DNA of 63,869 nucleotides, counting the filler, from an uncultured Acidimicrobiia bacterium (GTDB lineage: Bacteria; Actinomycetota; Acidimicrobiia; Spongiisociales; JAOTWH01), in NCBI GenBank assembly GCA_964347285.1. It is 3 parts of 3 records of this genome, joined end to end, with 100 filler letters (N's around TTAATTAATTAA, not from the genome) between each part and the next. Parts side by side here need not be neighbours in the genome. Positions count along the whole stretch, not along the records: positions 56,954 to 63,869 come from CAYFYE010000113.1; 2 more parts are not named here. One strand, given 5' to 3'. A program made the translations under genes and the position numbers. Below are positions 61,827-63,869 of this stretch, in pieces (position 1 is the stretch's first letter; each line of letters opens with the position of its first letter). The notes under the pieces were generated by a model. It made no database searches. It worked only from the letters and a program-made list of their open reading frames with translations, and was not told where the DNA came from.

Positions 61827-62187
61827 CGGCCGCACTCCGGCCGGGAGGCAACCCGATTAGGCGAGACCTCGGGTCCGATCGCACGGCGCCGTGGAGTGGT
61901 TGGCGGACTGACGGGCAGGTCGGTTCCCTCTGCCCGCAGCAGAATCGCGGTGCCACCCAAACAAGAGGAGCACCGGTAGACCGCGTGGGGAATCGCTCTG
62001 GGAACACCACAATGTGGACTTCGGCGGCGTTCCTCGAGGCCGTCCCGCCGGGCCAGAAATCGACGCCAAATCCAGGGGTATTGGACGATCTTCGATGGCG
62101 CCCCTTCGATCGCCTATCGGGGCGTGTTCCAATTCCGCGTGGACTTGGGAGTTCCCGGCGGTTAGGTTCGACCCCGCACTCTCTCTC

Positions 62188-63081
62188 ATGCAGCATCGGG
62201 TGTGGACGGCCATTCTGATCGCCAGCCTGGGCTGGGGCACGGGCGGAGTGGCCACCCGAGCCGCTTTCGACCAGGGCCTGGAGCCCTACGCCCTGGTGAC
62301 GCTGCGCTCTGTGCTGGCCGCTGCGGCCGTCGTCGCCTACCTCGCCATGAGCCAGAGGCGCCTGCCCCGGGATCGGGTCGTGTGGCGGCTGGGAGCCGTT
62401 CAGGGAATCACCAATCTGGCCCTGCCTTTCGTGCTGTTCACCCTCGCCTACCAGCACGCTTCCGCCGGCTTCGTCGGGCTCATCGCCGCCCTCATCCCGA
62501 TCACAACGGCAGGCTTGGCGCATTTCCTGCTGCCCGCCGAACCGATGCGGGTCGCCAAGCTCGGGGGTTTGGCGGTGGCGTTCGTGGGCGTCGCCGTGCT
62601 CGCATTTTCGGGCGATAGTGGCCTCGCCTCCGGGGGCCGGCCGGGCTTGGCGCTGGCGCTCGGCACAATCGCCGTGGCTTCGATCTCGTTGGCAGGAGTG
62701 CATGCCAAGCGCTATGCAGGCCGCTACGAGCCGGTGCAGCTGACCGGGATCCAGTTCCTGGTAGGTACGCCGCTGCTGGCCGCAGCGATGCTGATCGTCG
62801 AAGGGGTCCCTCCCACGATCAGCGTCGGCGGATGGGGGCTCGTGCTCTATCTGGCCATCGCCTCCAGCTTCGTGCCGTTCGTCTTGTTCTTCTGGATGCT
62901 GCGTCATACGACGATCACTCGCGCCTCCCTGGTCGGCTACCTGGTTCCGATCATCGCCGTGATCTCCGGCATCGTGCTGCTCTCCGAGCAGCTGCAGACG
63001 GGAATCGCCGTCGGTGGTGCGCTGATACTGATGGGAGTGGTCCTCACCGACCGAGTCGAGGCCCAAACGGTTCGCACCTGA
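62188..63081 (+). CDS. EamA/DMT family transporter
   Basis: About 10 TMs in two EamA repeats; SLVGYLVPIIAVISGIVLLSE. Confidence 0.9.
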   Translation: MQHRVWTAILIASLGWGTGGVATRAAFDQGLEPYALVTLRSVLAAAAVVAYLAMSQRRLPRDRVVWRLGAVQGITNLALPFVLFTLAYQHASAGFVGLIAALIPITTAGLAHFLLPAEPMRVAKLGGLAVAFVGVAVLAFSGDSGLASGGRPGLALALGTIAVASISLAGVHAKRYAGRYEPVQLTGIQFLVGTPLLAAAMLIVEGVPPTISVGGWGLVLYLAIASSFVPFVLFFWMLRHTTITRASLVGYLVPIIAVISGIVLLSEQLQTGIAVGGALILMGVVLTDRVEAQTVRT

Positions 63082-63117
63082 CCGGTCGCAGCGCAGCTCC
63101 CGTCCCACCCCCAATCC

Positions 63118-63792
63118 CTACCGGCCGGCCCCTCCGGGCCGCGAGAGGCGGCGGCGTTCCGGATGCGATGGTGAGCGGAGTGTCGCTCCTCCGACACGAA
63201 CCTTTAGCCCACGCGGCGCCATGCGAACCGAGACGCTGCCTTCGGGGTCGTAGGTCATCTCCACCCCCAGTTCCTGGTAGAGCTCTGCCTTGTCGTCTCG
63301 GTCGGCGTCAGCGAGGACGCCGACGATGTCGTGGAGGGCTTCGACGAGAGCCTTCACTTGTGATCTCTCGAGCTGCCCGCCCGGGACGGGGTGCTCGAGT
63401 TGGGCTTCGAGGTCGGCTCGCTCTCGATTCACCTCGGCCATCCACTGGGCGACCACCTTGGGGTCGGCGCCTTCGTCGAGGACCGCCTTGTACTGCTCGA
63501 AGCGCCGGTCGCAGTCGCGGATCTCCTCGAGGAGGGCCAGCCTGCGGGGTTCGGCCTGAGGATCGGGTTGGGTGGCGCCGGCCAGGATCTCACAGGTCTC
63601 CTCGAGGTGGTGATCGTCGAACAGCGACGCCAGCCATTTGTCGAGGCCGAGTTCAATGGCGGACTCTTTGACGTAGACGTTGCGGGGATGCTGCTCTTCG
63701 CTGATGCCGTACTCGAGTGGGTACCTGCACCGGTAGTAGGGACGATCGTGGTTGCGTTGGCCGGACATGCGGCCTCCACAGAGCCCACAGCG
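63118..63792 (-). pseudogene. Large serine recombinase C-terminal fragment (zinc ribbon plus coiled coil)
   Basis: RCGLCGGRMSG...YYRCR, DKAELYQELGVEMTYDP, KVRVGGAT; catalytic N-terminal domain absent. Confidence 0.8.
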
Positions 63793-63869
63793 ATGGCGGT
63801 CAACCCGCTGAACTTGGCACGAATCTCAGGGGTGGCGGTGAAGATGACATGGCGCAGCTGATTCAGAGT
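63792..63869 (-). mobile_element. IS110-family transposase fragment
   Basis: TLNQLRHVIFTATPEIRAKFSGLTA resembles the NQLR...APxxLRxxLxGL segment of actinobacterial IS110 transposases; recognised from only about 26 codons. Confidence 0.5.

Noticed and set aside
62100..62185. GGTTCGACCCC T-loop-like sequence upstream of the EamA gene
   Set aside because: No cloverleaf can be folded around it.

Overview
High-GC actinobacterial sequence (gene content suggests a deep-branching, Acidimicrobiia-like lineage; this is inference). It consists of three contigs joined by artificial 100-nt N/TTAATTAATTAA linkers (29033-29132, 56854-56953). Contig 1 is a housekeeping superoperon (leuS, comEA/comEC, holA, rpsT, greA, lepA, hrcA with CIRCE, dnaJ, a BldD homolog with intact c-di-GMP motifs, HIT, phoH, a PgpH-like 7TM-HD protein, ybeY, era, recO, uppS, glyQS, glpD, dnaG, rpoD), plus an orphan RTX-repeat fragment and an S41 lipoprotein. 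Contig 2 runs rsmI-abrB-metG-tatD-rsmA-ispE-tRNA-Gln-glmU-prs-rplY-pth-glpK-pgsA-mfd-PPIase-YabN-type mazG-eno-ftsB-ppx-tRNA-Leu(TAA), a strikingly Bacillus-like order. It also holds an integrase-less 2.1-kb islet bounded by a 55-bp tRNA-3'-end repeat, an unannotated bL37 ribosomal protein gene and a protein made of 144-bp repeats. Contig 3 holds a sugar-phosphate (DeoC+RpiB) bacterial microcompartment operon, a divergent HTH/coiled-coil/amphipathic-helix protein, and mobile-element debris (TIR stub, IS110/serine-recombinase chimera). Several core genes appear to start at near-cognate codons (CTG, ATC). All calls come from reading the sequence and recognising motifs; no database searches were run.
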